Shown here one piece after another: positions 8,235 to 17,054 of a stretch of 24,000 nt of DNA. The DNA comes from Fervidicella metallireducens AeB (GTDB lineage Bacteria > Bacillota > Clostridia > Clostridiales > Caloramatoraceae). The stretch spans positions 129,755-153,754 of the forward strand of contig NZ_AZQP01000001.1 of assembly GCF_000601455.1 (NCBI RefSeq), in the 5' to 3' direction. The stretch's first letter is position 1; each line of letters opens with the position of its first letter. The notes beneath the pieces are model-generated. The model ran no database searches and had not been told where the DNA came from. It saw only the letters and a list, made by a program, of their open reading frames with translations. A program made the translations under genes and the position numbers.

Positions 8235-8612
8235 ATGAAATTAGATGGTTTTAAAAACCGGATTGTTGAGATTAAGAAAAAAATTTCAATACTTTACATG
8301 GCATATTTAGATAAAAGAACTCCCTGGTATACAAAGATATTAGCATTAATTGTGTTACTTTATGCTGTAAGTCCAATAGATTTAATACCCGATTTTATCC
8401 CAATATTAGGATATTTAGATGATTTATTGTTAATACCCTTAGGTATATCTGTTGTATTAAGACTTATTCCAAAAGATGTTGTTAAAGAGTATGAAAATAT
8501 AGAGGAATTGCCTGAAGAATTTAAGAAAAAAGGGAAATATGCGGGATTATTTATTATACTTTTATGGATTTTAATATTATTAAAGATACTGAGAAGGTTT
8601 AAAATATTATAA
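8235..8612 (+). CDS. DUF1232 (YkvA-like) membrane protein
   Basis: SPIDLIPDFIPILGYLDDLLLIP is the DUF1232 signature. The protein has two to three hydrophobic segments. Confidence 0.75.
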   Translation: MKLDGFKNRIVEIKKKISILYMAYLDKRTPWYTKILALIVLLYAVSPIDLIPDFIPILGYLDDLLLIPLGISVVLRLIPKDVVKEYENIEELPEEFKKKGKYAGLFIILLWILILLKILRRFKIL

Positions 8613-8678
8613 TTTCAGATTATGAATAAACAAAATTGTTTCTGAAAAAAATATTAAATGGATGAAGAGTAAATATTG

Positions 8679-8707
8679 TTGACAACTAAATAAGCTTGTG
8701 ATAACAT
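8679..8707 (+). promoter_or_regulatory. Candidate promoter driving the SAM riboswitch and metK
   Basis: TTGACA (8679-8684), 17 nt, then TAACAT (8702-8707), preceded by a TGn extended -10. Confidence 0.5.
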
Positions 8708-8741
8708 TAATTATCGTAAAAACGAATACTATTTTTTAACC

Positions 8742-8890
8742 CTTATCAAGAGAGGTGGAGGGACGGGCCCGATGAAACCCGGCAACCGGTGGCAAAAGCT
8801 ACTATGGTGCCAATTCCTGCAGAATGTTATATTCTGGTAGATGAGGATGTTTGAGAAATCAAGCCTCTTCATGTTGAAGAGGCTTTAATT
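8742..8890 (+). promoter_or_regulatory. SAM-I (S-box) riboswitch with its terminator, 5' leader of metK
   Basis: The S-box core is present: cttatcaagagaggtggagggacgggcccgatgaaacccggcaacc ... ggtgccaattcc ... agatgag. It is followed by a perfect 10-bp terminator stem, aagcctcttc/gaagaggctt (8861-8885), directly upstream of metK. Confidence 0.9.
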
Positions 8891-8928
8891 ATGTCAAAAT
8901 AAATTTTTATATACAAGGAGGTAGTTCA

Positions 8929-10113
8929 ATGGTAAAGAGATTATTCACTTCAGAATCAGTAACAGAAGGACATCCAGATAAAATCTGTGACCAGATTTCA
9001 GACTCAGTTTTAGATGCAATACTAGAAAAGGACCCAAATGCTAGAGTTGCTTGCGAAACAGCAGTTACAACAGGTATGGTTCTTGTTATGGGAGAAATAA
9101 CTACAAATTGTTATGTTGATATTCCTAAAATAGTTAGAAAGACAATTGAAGAAATAGGGTATACAAGAGCTAAATATGGTTTTGATTCAGATACATGTGC
9201 AGTAATAACTTCAATTGATGAACAATCATCAGATATAGCAATGGGTGTTGACACTGCGTTAGAAGCTAAAAAAGGAGAAATGGACGCAATAGAAGCAATT
9301 GGAGCAGGAGACCAAGGTATGATGTTTGGTTTCGCATGTAATGAAACACCAGAATACATGCCGCTTCCAATAGCAATGGCACATAGATTATCAAGAAGGC
9401 TTGCAGAAGTAAGAAAAAATGGAACCCTTGAATACTTAAGACCAGATGGAAAAACACAAGTAACAGTAGAATACCATGACAATAAGCCAGTAAGAATAGA
9501 TGCAATTGTTATATCAACTCAACATAGCCCAGAAGTAACTAGAGAACAAATAGAAAGGGATATGCTTGAGCATGTAGTTAGCAAGGTTGTACCAGCTAAT
9601 CTTTTAGATGAAAATACAAAGTATTACATAAACCCAACTGGAAGATTTGTTATAGGTGGACCACATGGAGATTCAGGATTAACAGGAAGAAAAATTATAG
9701 TTGATACTTATGGTGGATATGGAAGACATGGTGGTGGTGCTTTCTCAGGAAAGGATCCAACTAAGGTTGACCGTTCAGCTGCATATGCTGCAAGATGGGT
9801 TGCTAAAAACTTAGTTGCTGCTGGTGTTGCAGAAAAATTAGAAATAGAAGTAGCTTATGCAATAGGTGTTGCTAGACCGGTTTCAATTGAAGTAGATACA
9901 TTTGGAACAGGAAAGATAGCAGACGATAAGATAGTTGAAATAATCAATAAGGTATTTGATTTAAGACCTGCTGCAATAATTAAAGAATTAGACCTTAGAA
10001 GACCAATATATAGACAAACCGCAGCTTATGGACATTTTGGTAGAACAGATTTAAATTTACCATGGGAAAACCTGAACAAGGTAGAAGAAATAAAGAAAGC
10101 AATGATGGAATAA
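8929..10113 (+). CDS. metK: S-adenosylmethionine synthase MetK
   Basis: MetK motifs are present: [54 protein letters not shown] lies upstream of the ATG. Confidence 0.97.
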   Translation: MVKRLFTSESVTEGHPDKICDQISDSVLDAILEKDPNARVACETAVTTGMVLVMGEITTNCYVDIPKIVRKTIEEIGYTRAKYGFDSDTCAVITSIDEQSSDIAMGVDTALEAKKGEMDAIEAIGAGDQGMMFGFACNETPEYMPLPIAMAHRLSRRLAEVRKNGTLEYLRPDGKTQVTVEYHDNKPVRIDAIVISTQHSPEVTREQIERDMLEHVVSKVVPANLLDENTKYYINPTGRFVIGGPHGDSGLTGRKIIVDTYGGYGRHGGGAFSGKDPTKVDRSAAYAARWVAKNLVAAGVAEKLEIEVAYAIGVARPVSIEVDTFGTGKIADDKIVEIINKVFDLRPAAIIKELDLRRPIYRQTAAYGHFGRTDLNLPWENLNKVEEIKKAMME

Positions 10114-10115
10114 AA

Positions 10116-10140
10116 ATAGCCCTTAGGGGCTATTTTTTTA
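10116..10140 (+). terminator. Rho-independent terminator after metK
   Basis: atagccc pairs with gggctat around the loop ttag, followed by ttttttt. Confidence 0.8.
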
Positions 10141-10257
10141 GGCTGTTAAAAAAGTTATAAATTTATTAGCCCCATGAAGGATTTCTTGGGCATCGGTTCA
10201 TTTCGCCTATATAAAATTCCAAATAGTGATCAATTTTTAAAATAGGGAGGTGAAAAA

Positions 10258-10404
10258 ATGGAGGAGATTTTTAAAAGTATAGCAAATTTTGGATTTCCAA
10301 TAGTCATTTCGGTTTATCTTCTTATACGGATTGAAGCTAAACTTGAAAGGCTTACTGAGAGCATTAATGAGCTATCAAAAACAATCGCAGCCATGGGAAA
10401 ATAA
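10258..10404 (+). CDS. Small YvrJ-family membrane protein (48 aa); not in the supplied ORF track
   Basis: An ATG follows AGGGAGGTG. The product MEEIFKSIANFGFPIVISVYLLIRIEAKLERLTESINELSKTIAAMGK resembles the YvrJ family pattern (xNFGFPxxxxxYLLxRIExKL). Confidence 0.65.
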   Translation: MEEIFKSIANFGFPIVISVYLLIRIEAKLERLTESINELSKTIAAMGK

Positions 10405-10413
10405 AACAGATTT

Positions 10414-10470
10414 ATCAGCTGAGAGCATGAATTATGTATATAAAACATGTTCTCAGGGCTGATGGTCTTT
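10414..10470 (+). terminator. Hairpin after the yvrJ-like gene, possibly a terminator
   Basis: atcagctgagagcatg (10414-10429) pairs with catgttctcagggctgat (10446-10463). The stem is about 16 bp with a 2-nt bulge, and only a weak T-tract (ctttatt) follows. Confidence 0.4.
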
Positions 10471-10471
10471 A

Positions 10472-10500
10472 TTGACACGAACATATGTTCGTATTATAAT
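10472..10500 (+). promoter_or_regulatory. Consensus sigma-A promoter with an embedded LexA (Cheo/SOS) box
   Basis: TTGACA (10472-10477), a 17-nt spacer, then TATAAT (10495-10500). The spacer starts with the perfect palindrome CGAACATATGTTCG (10478-10491), which equals the Gram-positive LexA operator consensus CGAACN4GTTCG. Confidence 0.7.
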
Positions 10501-10530
10501 AAATGTAATTAATTGGAATGGGGTGAGTAA

Positions 10531-11069
10531 ATGATATATTTTATTATTCCAAAATATATGAATGAAATTGGTGATTGCTGCATAATTAAAGACTCAGAAG
10601 GAGAACGAATAAAAAATAAAAGAATTAATTCTGTCCTAAATGGCATATGCTTGACAGATGCTTAGATTTTCGTGCCATAAAAAATAGAAGTAAAAAGATA
10701 TTAAATCAAAGAAATCTTGCACCGTTATACATAAGTGAAAGTGAGATATTAATACCAGTAAAGGTAAGAAAACCACGTGTCAGCCGGGATGGAGGATATG
10801 GTTATTTAAATATAAATACTATTAAGGAAATTAAGGACAAGTATCTCATTTTAAACAACGGTGAAAAAATAATATTTAAAGATAGTAATAGAACTATTAT
10901 AAAAAGAATAAAAATGGCAAGAATTCTAAAGGAAAGGGTAGCTCAAAGCTATATATCAACTAATATAGAAATAACAGGTAAAGAATATTTGGTTATGGAG
11001 GGTATAGAAGAGATATTAAAGCAGATTAATTTAATCAAAACAACCATGGAGAGGAAAGGGAACATATGA
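10531..11069 (+). pseudogene. ComK-family-like protein, frame interrupted between 10629 and 10662
   Basis: Frame 1 (ATG 10531 after GGGGTGAG) gives MIYFIIPKYMNEIGDCCIIKDSEGERIKNKRINSV..., which stops at 10663. Frame 3 continues with PKWHMLDRCLDFRAIKNRSKK...APLYISESEILIPV...NGEKIIF...ARILKER. The joined protein follows my recollection of the B. subtilis ComK layout (P-x3-VDRSCxFF ... PIMV ... FFP ... NG ... AWL). Confidence 0.5.
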
Positions 11070-11168
11070 TATAATTCTTTTAATAAGATAGCTGATTTGA
11101 TTCTGTAAGAACACTTAATTTTGTTCTAGGGATACCAAACAGCTGGGATTTATATAGGAGAGATTTAA

Positions 11169-13390
11169 ATGGTTGAAATACAGGGTAGAGTTGAACAAAT
11201 AGTCTACAAAAACGACGAAAATGGGTATACTGTAGCGAAGATAAAATATAATAAAGAGTTAATTTCTGTTGTTGGCTATATGCCTTTTTAACTGAAGGTC
11301 AGGAGGTTAAGATTCAGGGGGAGTGGAGTGTTCATAATACCTTTGGGCAGCAGATTAAAGTAGAATCATGTGAGGAAATAATACCTGCTACAACAGATGG
11401 AATAGAAAAATATTTAGCCTCTGGATTAATTACTGGAATTGGACCTGTTACGGCTAAAAAAATAGTGGAGAAATTTGGGTCAGATGCCCTTGATATAATT
11501 GAAATGAATCCTATGAAATTAACGGAAGTAGATGGGATAGGTGAGAAAAAAGCTGCAGTTATAGCAGAGGCCTTTAAAGAACAAAGGGAATTAAGACAGG
11601 TTATGGTTTTTCTTCAGAGCTATGGAATTAGTACAACTTATGGTTTAAAAATATATAAAAAGTATGGCCAGGATACAGTAAGGATTGTTAAAGAAAATCC
11701 ATATAGACTCTGTGATGAAATTTCAGGTATTGGTTTTAAAACCGCTGATAAAATAGCAAGAAATTTGGGTATAGACTTATGTTCCAAATCCCGTGTAATG
11801 GCGGGTATAAAATATATCCTCTCTAATTTTACGTTAAATGGAAACACATATATGCCAAAAGAAATGTTAAAACAGGAATGTATGAAGCTGTTAAATGTCC
11901 CATCAGATCTAATTGAAGATTCTATGGTTGCTTTAATGACATCAAAACAGATTGTAACCGAGGAGATGGAGGATGGATTTGGTGTATATTTAAATGCTTT
12001 ATATTTTTCTGAACTTGGTGTAGCTAAGAGAATATTAGAATTATCATTAAACAATTTTAATGGTAATTCTGATGGAATAGATGAAGAAATAACCGAATAT
12101 GAAAAAGAGAATAATATTGAATTTGCTATAGAGCAAAGACAAGCAATAATTGAAGGTGTAAAAAACGGGGTATGTATAATTACTGGTGGACCAGGAACGG
12201 GGAAAACTACTATTATAAAATGCATAATTAAAATATTTGAAAAAAGAGGTATGTTTATAGTTTTAGCTGCTCCAACAGGAAGAGCAGCTAAGAGGATTAC
12301 TGAAACAACTGGATACGAAGCTAAGACAATACATAGACTATTGGAGATGGAGTACATACCTGGTGAGGGATATCCGTCATTTTCTAAAGATGAAGGTGAT
12401 CCTATTGAAGCTGATGTAATAATAATAGATGAAGCCTCAATGGTGGATATTCTTTTAATGAACAGCCTGTTAAAAGCAGTTGCTGCAGGTACAAAATTAA
12501 TAATCGTTGGTGATGTGGATCAGCTTCCTTCAGTTGGCCCAGGGGATGTATTAAGGGATATTATAGAGAGTAAAGTTATAAGTGTAGTCAGGTTAAACAG
12601 AATATACAGACAGGCAGATACCAGTTTGATTACTCTCAACGCCCATAAAATAAATAATGGTGAATTGCCAATATTAAATGAAAAGGACAAGGATTTTTTC
12701 TTTATACATCAGCCTAACTCATCTGAAATAGTAGAGGAAATTGTGAAATTAGTTAATACACGTCTGCCTTCATTTAAAAATGGATTTAATCCAATAAAAG
12801 ACATTCAGGTTTTATCCCCGATGCGAAAGGGTGAAGCAGGTATATATAATCTAAATCAAAGGCTTCAGGCAGTTTTAAATCCTCCGTCAAGTACCAAGGG
12901 AGAAAAGGAGTTTAGAGACTTTGTTTTCAGAGCAGGGGATAAGGTAATGCAGATTAAAAATAATTACAATATAGAATGGAGAAGGATTGCTGGAGAAGGG
13001 GAAGAAGAAGGAACAGGTGTTTTTAATGGAGACATTGGCTTTATAGAAGAGATAGATAAAGAAAATCAAAATCTATCTGTTATATATGACGATGAAAAAA
13101 GGGTTGTATATGATTTTAGTAACCTTGATGAACTTGAACTTGCATATGCTATAACTATACATAAGAGTCAGGGGAGTGAATTTCCTGTGGTGGTAATTCC
13201 AGTATGCTATGGGCCGCCTATGCTAATGACAAGAAATCTTATATACACAGGTGTAACAAGGGCTAAACAGCTAGTTGTTCTAACAGGTACCAGACCAGCA
13301 CTATCAATGATGGTAAAAAATAAAACAATAGCAAAAAGATTTTCAGGCCTCAAAAAAAGAATAGTAAATTTAGTACAAATAATAAAATAA
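11169..13390 (+). pseudogene. recD2: RecD2/YrrC-type ATP-dependent DNA helicase, frame interrupted at a T5 run (11285-11289)
   Basis: Frame 3 from ATG 11169 (after AGGAGAG) gives MVEIQGRVEQIVYKNDENGYTVAKIKYNKELISVVGYMPF and then stops. Frame 2 continues from 11291 with TEGQEVKIQGEWSVHNTFGQQIK...GIGPVTAKKIVEKFG and on through the listed ORF. Helicase motifs are present: GGPGTGKTT, IIIDEASMVD, VGDVDQLPSVGPG, ITIHKSQGSEFP. Confidence 0.85.
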
Positions 13391-13449
13391 CAGTTTTAAA
13401 ACAGTAAGCATATTATATTTATAGTGTAGAATTATTTGAAAATATTAAA

Positions 13450-15120
13450 TTGATGTCTATGAAACCAAAAGGGGTGTTTGGTTTGGATGTAGTTATTTTT
13501 AAGGCGAGGGGAAGAGGAGGATATATATATGATATGTCCATAAATCCCCTTGTAGATTTCAGCATATTAAAGAGGACAAGAAAAATAGATAAAATAGAGG
13601 TTATCACACCGAAAATATCAATTGAGAAGGCAGAGATTATTTTAAAAAGCATATATGGAGTATCATCTATTATAGGAAAACTCATATCGTCACAAGATTA
13701 TATGATAAATAATATATTAAGAAAAAATGATGTTAAAAAAATAAAATATGAAATAAACAATGGAATAGAAATACCTTCTCCTCAAAAAATTGCGTCCGTT
13801 GAGGAGATAATAGTAGGAAAAATTTTAAGTCTGGAAAAACTGCTGGGTATAAAGGATAAACTGGGAATTACCAGTGAGGAAATGACTATTATAATTCAGA
13901 CCTTATATTGTCAAAGAAGAATAAAAATGACCTGCGCCATCCATAAGGTAAAAAATAAACACACATGCTTTATATGTAACAGGGAGCCGTGTCCTAGCTG
14001 TACCCTTGGTATTGAAAAGGATGATATATTGGTATATGCTGCTGATAATTATAGTATAAGTATACCTGAAAATATAATTTTAAAAGACAAGAGGTTATCT
14101 GATGTCATAAAGGATGCCCAGAATGATTTTACTAATTTTTTAAAATCCAAGAAGCTGTCTTGTGTAATCTGGTGTGCTCCTTCTGCCTTTGAATATGATA
14201 TTGTTTCAACAGGTGTTTTTAACATAATCAGAAGGGGTGGAAGGGTTTTATATATAACTTCAACAGCAATGGCATATAGTACAAAAGAGTTCTTTGGTAA
14301 TAATTTTTATGGTGCCAAGGTTGGAATTGTAACGAATGTTTTTTCTAGAGGTGAGAACCTTGATATAACGATATGCTCCTACGACAATTATCCATGTTTT
14401 TACAAAAGTTTTGATTTGGTAATTTTAGATGTTAGGTATTCCTTTATTTACAGACCGATGATTAATACCAAATATGTATGTCCAAAGGCTGCAAAGGAAA
14501 AGGGAAAGTTTGTAACGATATCCTATGTTGTTGAAAAGGAAAAGAATTCTTTAATCAATACTACTACAGACCCATTGATATTACCTGTGACATACATTAA
14601 AAAGCCAATTCCTGAGCCGCGTATAATAACATCAAGATATTTAAAATCTCCAGAGGCATTTATTCCTCAGATGGCAATGGATTTGATTAATTGGTCAATC
14701 AGTGAAGGTATAAGAGTGGTTATTTTTGTACCTGATGAAGAAGGTCTTTATAAGGTGTATTTTTATCTTTCAACACTTGAAGGATTTGAAAAGGATTCAA
14801 TTGATGTATCAGATGAGGATGAAAAGGCAGGATTATTAAGATTTAAAAGAAAAGAAAGTAAAATACTGATATCAAAGGACTTTAAAGATACATTACATCT
14901 TATGGAGGATGTAAATGTTGTAGTTATGTTTAGTGATGAAGGCATATACTCTACTGAAACCCTTATATATATGTCTTCTATGGCAACTATGCAAAATAAT
15001 AAGAAACTTGGGGAGGTAGTTTTTGTTGCTACACAGGAAAGTGAGGCCATGTCTTTAGCAAAATCTGCAATAAGAAACCTGAACAAAATAGCTTGGGACA
15101 AGGGATACTTAAAAAAATAA
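13450..15120 (+). CDS. comFA: ComFA-like protein with a zinc ribbon and degenerate (apparently inactive) helicase motifs
   Basis: It lies directly upstream of comFC and overlaps it. It has the Cys cluster CFICNREPCPSC and the ComFA-specific KPIPEPR. The Walker A position reads CAPSAFEY, the DExD position reads LDVRYSF and the motif VI position reads MSSMATM. The start is uncertain (TTG 13450, or ATG 13453 or 13459). Confidence 0.65.
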   Translation: MMSMKPKGVFGLDVVIFKARGRGGYIYDMSINPLVDFSILKRTRKIDKIEVITPKISIEKAEIILKSIYGVSSIIGKLISSQDYMINNILRKNDVKKIKYEINNGIEIPSPQKIASVEEIIVGKILSLEKLLGIKDKLGITSEEMTIIIQTLYCQRRIKMTCAIHKVKNKHTCFICNREPCPSCTLGIEKDDILVYAADNYSISIPENIILKDKRLSDVIKDAQNDFTNFLKSKKLSCVIWCAPSAFEYDIVSTGVFNIIRRGGRVLYITSTAMAYSTKEFFGNNFYGAKVGIVTNVFSRGENLDITICSYDNYPCFYKSFDLVILDVRYSFIYRPMINTKYVCPKAAKEKGKFVTISYVVEKEKNSLINTTTDPLILPVTYIKKPIPEPRIITSRYLKSPEAFIPQMAMDLINWSISEGIRVVIFVPDEEGLYKVYFYLSTLEGFEKDSIDVSDEDEKAGLLRFKRKESKILISKDFKDTLHLMEDVNVVVMFSDEGIYSTETLIYMSSMATMQNNKKLGEVVFVATQESEAMSLAKSAIRNLNKIAWDKGYLKK

Positions 15121-15797
15121 GACTTATTTTAGATTGTTTCTTAGAAATAATCTTTCCAGAGCCAATAACCTGTACCATGTGTGGGAGAGTATTAAAAGAA
15201 GCTAATAAATATTATCTGTGTACAGGATGCCTGTCACAGATTAAATGCTATAGTAATAGTGAGAATAAAATACCAGTAGAAGAAAGCATTTTTAAACAGG
15301 ATTTACATATGGCATTTGATGAAACTTATTCAGCCTGTGTGTATGAGGGTATAAGCAGAGATTTAGTTCATAAGTTAAAATATAAAGACAAACAAAATAT
15401 TGCCAAAACAATGGCGGCTATGATTAAAGACGTTTTAGGTAATGATTTGAAATATGATATGATAGTACCAGTTCCAATTCATCCATCTAGACTTAAAAAA
15501 AGAGGATATAACCAAGGGGAGTTAATAGCATCCGAACTTGAAAATATTGTGAATATTCCAATGATTAAAGCTTTAAAAAGAACAAAAAATACTCCTTCGC
15601 AGGTATTGTTTAATGAGAGGGATAGATGGTATAATGTTAAATGTGCTTTTTCATGCACATTAAACTTAAAGGGCAAAAGGATTCTGCTTATTGACGATGT
15701 TATTACAACAGGTGCAACTGCTCATTATTGTGCTGAGACACTTAAAGCTTCAGGGGCGGTTTATGTTACGGCAGTTTCTTTTGCAAGAACTAAATAA
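15093..15797 (+). CDS. comFC: ComFC (ComF family phosphoribosyltransferase-domain protein)
   Basis: It has N-terminal CxxC pairs (CTMCG, CTGCL) and the PRT motif ILLIDDVITTGAT. The TTG start overlaps the end of the comFA-like gene. Confidence 0.85.
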   Translation: MGQGILKKIRLILDCFLEIIFPEPITCTMCGRVLKEANKYYLCTGCLSQIKCYSNSENKIPVEESIFKQDLHMAFDETYSACVYEGISRDLVHKLKYKDKQNIAKTMAAMIKDVLGNDLKYDMIVPVPIHPSRLKKRGYNQGELIASELENIVNIPMIKALKRTKNTPSQVLFNERDRWYNVKCAFSCTLNLKGKRILLIDDVITTGATAHYCAETLKASGAVYVTAVSFARTK

Positions 15798-15806
15798 ATC
15801 AGTTTA

Positions 15807-16035
15807 AAAGACACTTTTATCAACTAGGTCTGTGGTTGAAAATCGATGCTAGTCGCAGGCAAAACGATCCACGTAAGTTAGACAAAAGTCTGATGAGCAT
15901 GGTGCGGTTTAGAGGTAAGACCTGCCGAATTTTAATTCGAGAGGGGTAGTAGTGAGAGGAATACACCTTAGGCGAACCCCCCAGCAGGCGAGTGTGGGGG
16001 CAAAGACCAGGTCAGCTAGTTGAATAGGTGTCTTT
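15807..16035 (+). ncRNA. Structured ncRNA, candidate raiA-motif RNA
   Basis: This is a GC-rich island in AT-rich intergenic DNA. It is closed by long-range helices: aaagacac (15807-15814) with gtgtcttt (16028-16035), and caactag (15821-15827) with ctagttg (16016-16022). Internal hairpins include ttagac-aaaa-gtctga (15878-15893), cgaa/ttcg (15926-15939) and a C5/G5 stem (15977-16000). It has no ORF. It sits between comFC and hpf/raiA, the reported typical locus of the raiA motif. Confidence 0.7.
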
Positions 16036-16083
16036 ATTTTATTGGAAAATTATAGAAAAATATATCGTAATAAAAAAAATGCA

Positions 16084-16255
16084 AGTGGATAAAATAAAAA
16101 TATGCAATATCTTGTAGGAGATTTATGTAATCCTTGTTCGGTTGTGTAAAATTTTCTACAGCTAATCCACAGTGTGTGTGAATTAAATATTAGAATTTTC
16201 AAGTTATACACAAACTTATAAACATTATTCACATAATTAAAAAAAGTTATCCACA
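16084..16255. promoter_or_regulatory. Cluster of five DnaA-box-like 9-mers
   Basis: TTATCCACA is perfect at 16247-16255. Four sites carry one mismatch: ttattcaca 16225-16233, ttatacaca 16204-16212, taatccaca 16163-16171, and the inverted agtggataa at 16084-16092. Confidence 0.55.
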
Positions 16256-16452
16256 TGAGAACGTAGGAAAGAATAATTATTAACAAAATATTTTATTTAA
16301 AGAATTATGATGTAAAACTTTAATGGGGTTTCAAAAAAATAAATATTAAAAAATAAGTCAAAAATACTTGAATATAATAGAAATAAAGATTAAAATAATA
16401 GTAAGAAAATTTTAAATATTCCCTTAACTTTACTATGAGAGGGGTAGATATT

Positions 16453-16977
16453 ATGAGATTGACAGTTGTAGGGAAAAACATAATGTTAACAGATGCATTA
16501 AAGGACATTGTAGAAAAGAAACTTGGCAAACTTGACAGGTATTTTGATCCTCAGGTTGAGGTAAATGCAACCTTAAGCGTTCAAAAGAACAGACAAATAA
16601 TTGAAGTTACAATACCATTTAATGGTATGATTCTAAGGGGAGAAGAAGCAACAGAGGATATGTATTCCTCAATTGATAGTGTTGTAGATAAAATAGAAAA
16701 GCAGATAATTAAACATAAAACAAAATTAGAGAGAAAGATTCATGAGGGAACACTCAGATTCCCAGAAGTTGAAGAAGATAATATAGATGAGGAGCCCAAA
16801 ATTGTTAAAAATAAAAAGTTTTATGTAAAGCCTATGGATGCACAGGAAGCAATACTTCAAATGGAACTTTTAGGACATAATTTCTTTGTATTCAGAGATG
16901 CTGAAACAAACGATGTAAATGTTATTTATAAAAGAAAAGATGGAAACTATGGCTTAATAGAACCAGATTTTCAATGA
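16453..16977 (+). CDS. hpf: Ribosome hibernation promoting factor, long form (HPF/RaiA/YvyD)
   Basis: It has an S30AE-type N-terminal domain (MRLTVVGKNIMLTDALKDIVEKKLGKLDRYF) and the long-HPF C-terminal dimerisation domain (KPMDAQEAILQMELLGHNFFVFRDAETNDVNVIYKRKDGNYGLIEP). ATG 16453 follows AGAGGGGT. Confidence 0.92.
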   Translation: MRLTVVGKNIMLTDALKDIVEKKLGKLDRYFDPQVEVNATLSVQKNRQIIEVTIPFNGMILRGEEATEDMYSSIDSVVDKIEKQIIKHKTKLERKIHEGTLRFPEVEEDNIDEEPKIVKNKKFYVKPMDAQEAILQMELLGHNFFVFRDAETNDVNVIYKRKDGNYGLIEPDFQ

Positions 16978-17001
16978 TTGATATTAAAATAGATATAAGT
17001 A

Positions 17002-17036
17002 ATGGAGGTCAAATTTATATGGCCTCCATTTTTTTG
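17002..17036 (+). terminator. Rho-independent terminator after hpf
   Basis: atggaggtc pairs with ggcctccat, followed by ttttttt. Confidence 0.8.
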
Positions 17037-17054
17037 AATGTGGTATTTTGGGTT

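Noticed and set aside
11638-12357. A 239-aa ORF on the minus strand inside recD2. Similar antisense ORFs occur at 3633-4103 (in mreB), 9111-9482 and 9266-9505 (in metK), 1230-1493, 1686-2006, 2289-2588, 3025-3255, 14763-15101 and 21491-21778.
   Set aside because: Each lies wholly antisense to a strongly supported conserved gene. Each has a low-complexity, Ile/Leu/Ser/Phe-rich composition and lacks an SD. These are typical shadow ORFs of AT-rich genomes.
16084-16440. Possibility that the DnaA boxes plus the flanking AT-rich DNA form the replication origin.
   Set aside because: There is no dnaA, dnaN, rpmH or other origin-proximal gene context. The neighbours (comF, hpf, secA, prfB) are not origin-proximal in B. 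subtilis. I could not identify a convincing unwinding element or DnaA-trio by eye. A regulatory or titration cluster is the more conservative reading.
16050-16529. Minus-strand ORFs 16050-16286 (78 aa) and 16320-16529 (69 aa) in the ncRNA-hpf spacer.
   Set aside because: They lie in extremely AT-rich DNA, and the translations are dominated by F/I/Y/N/K. They have no SD, and the second one overlaps the hpf start. The region is better explained as regulatory DNA containing DnaA boxes and the hpf promoter.
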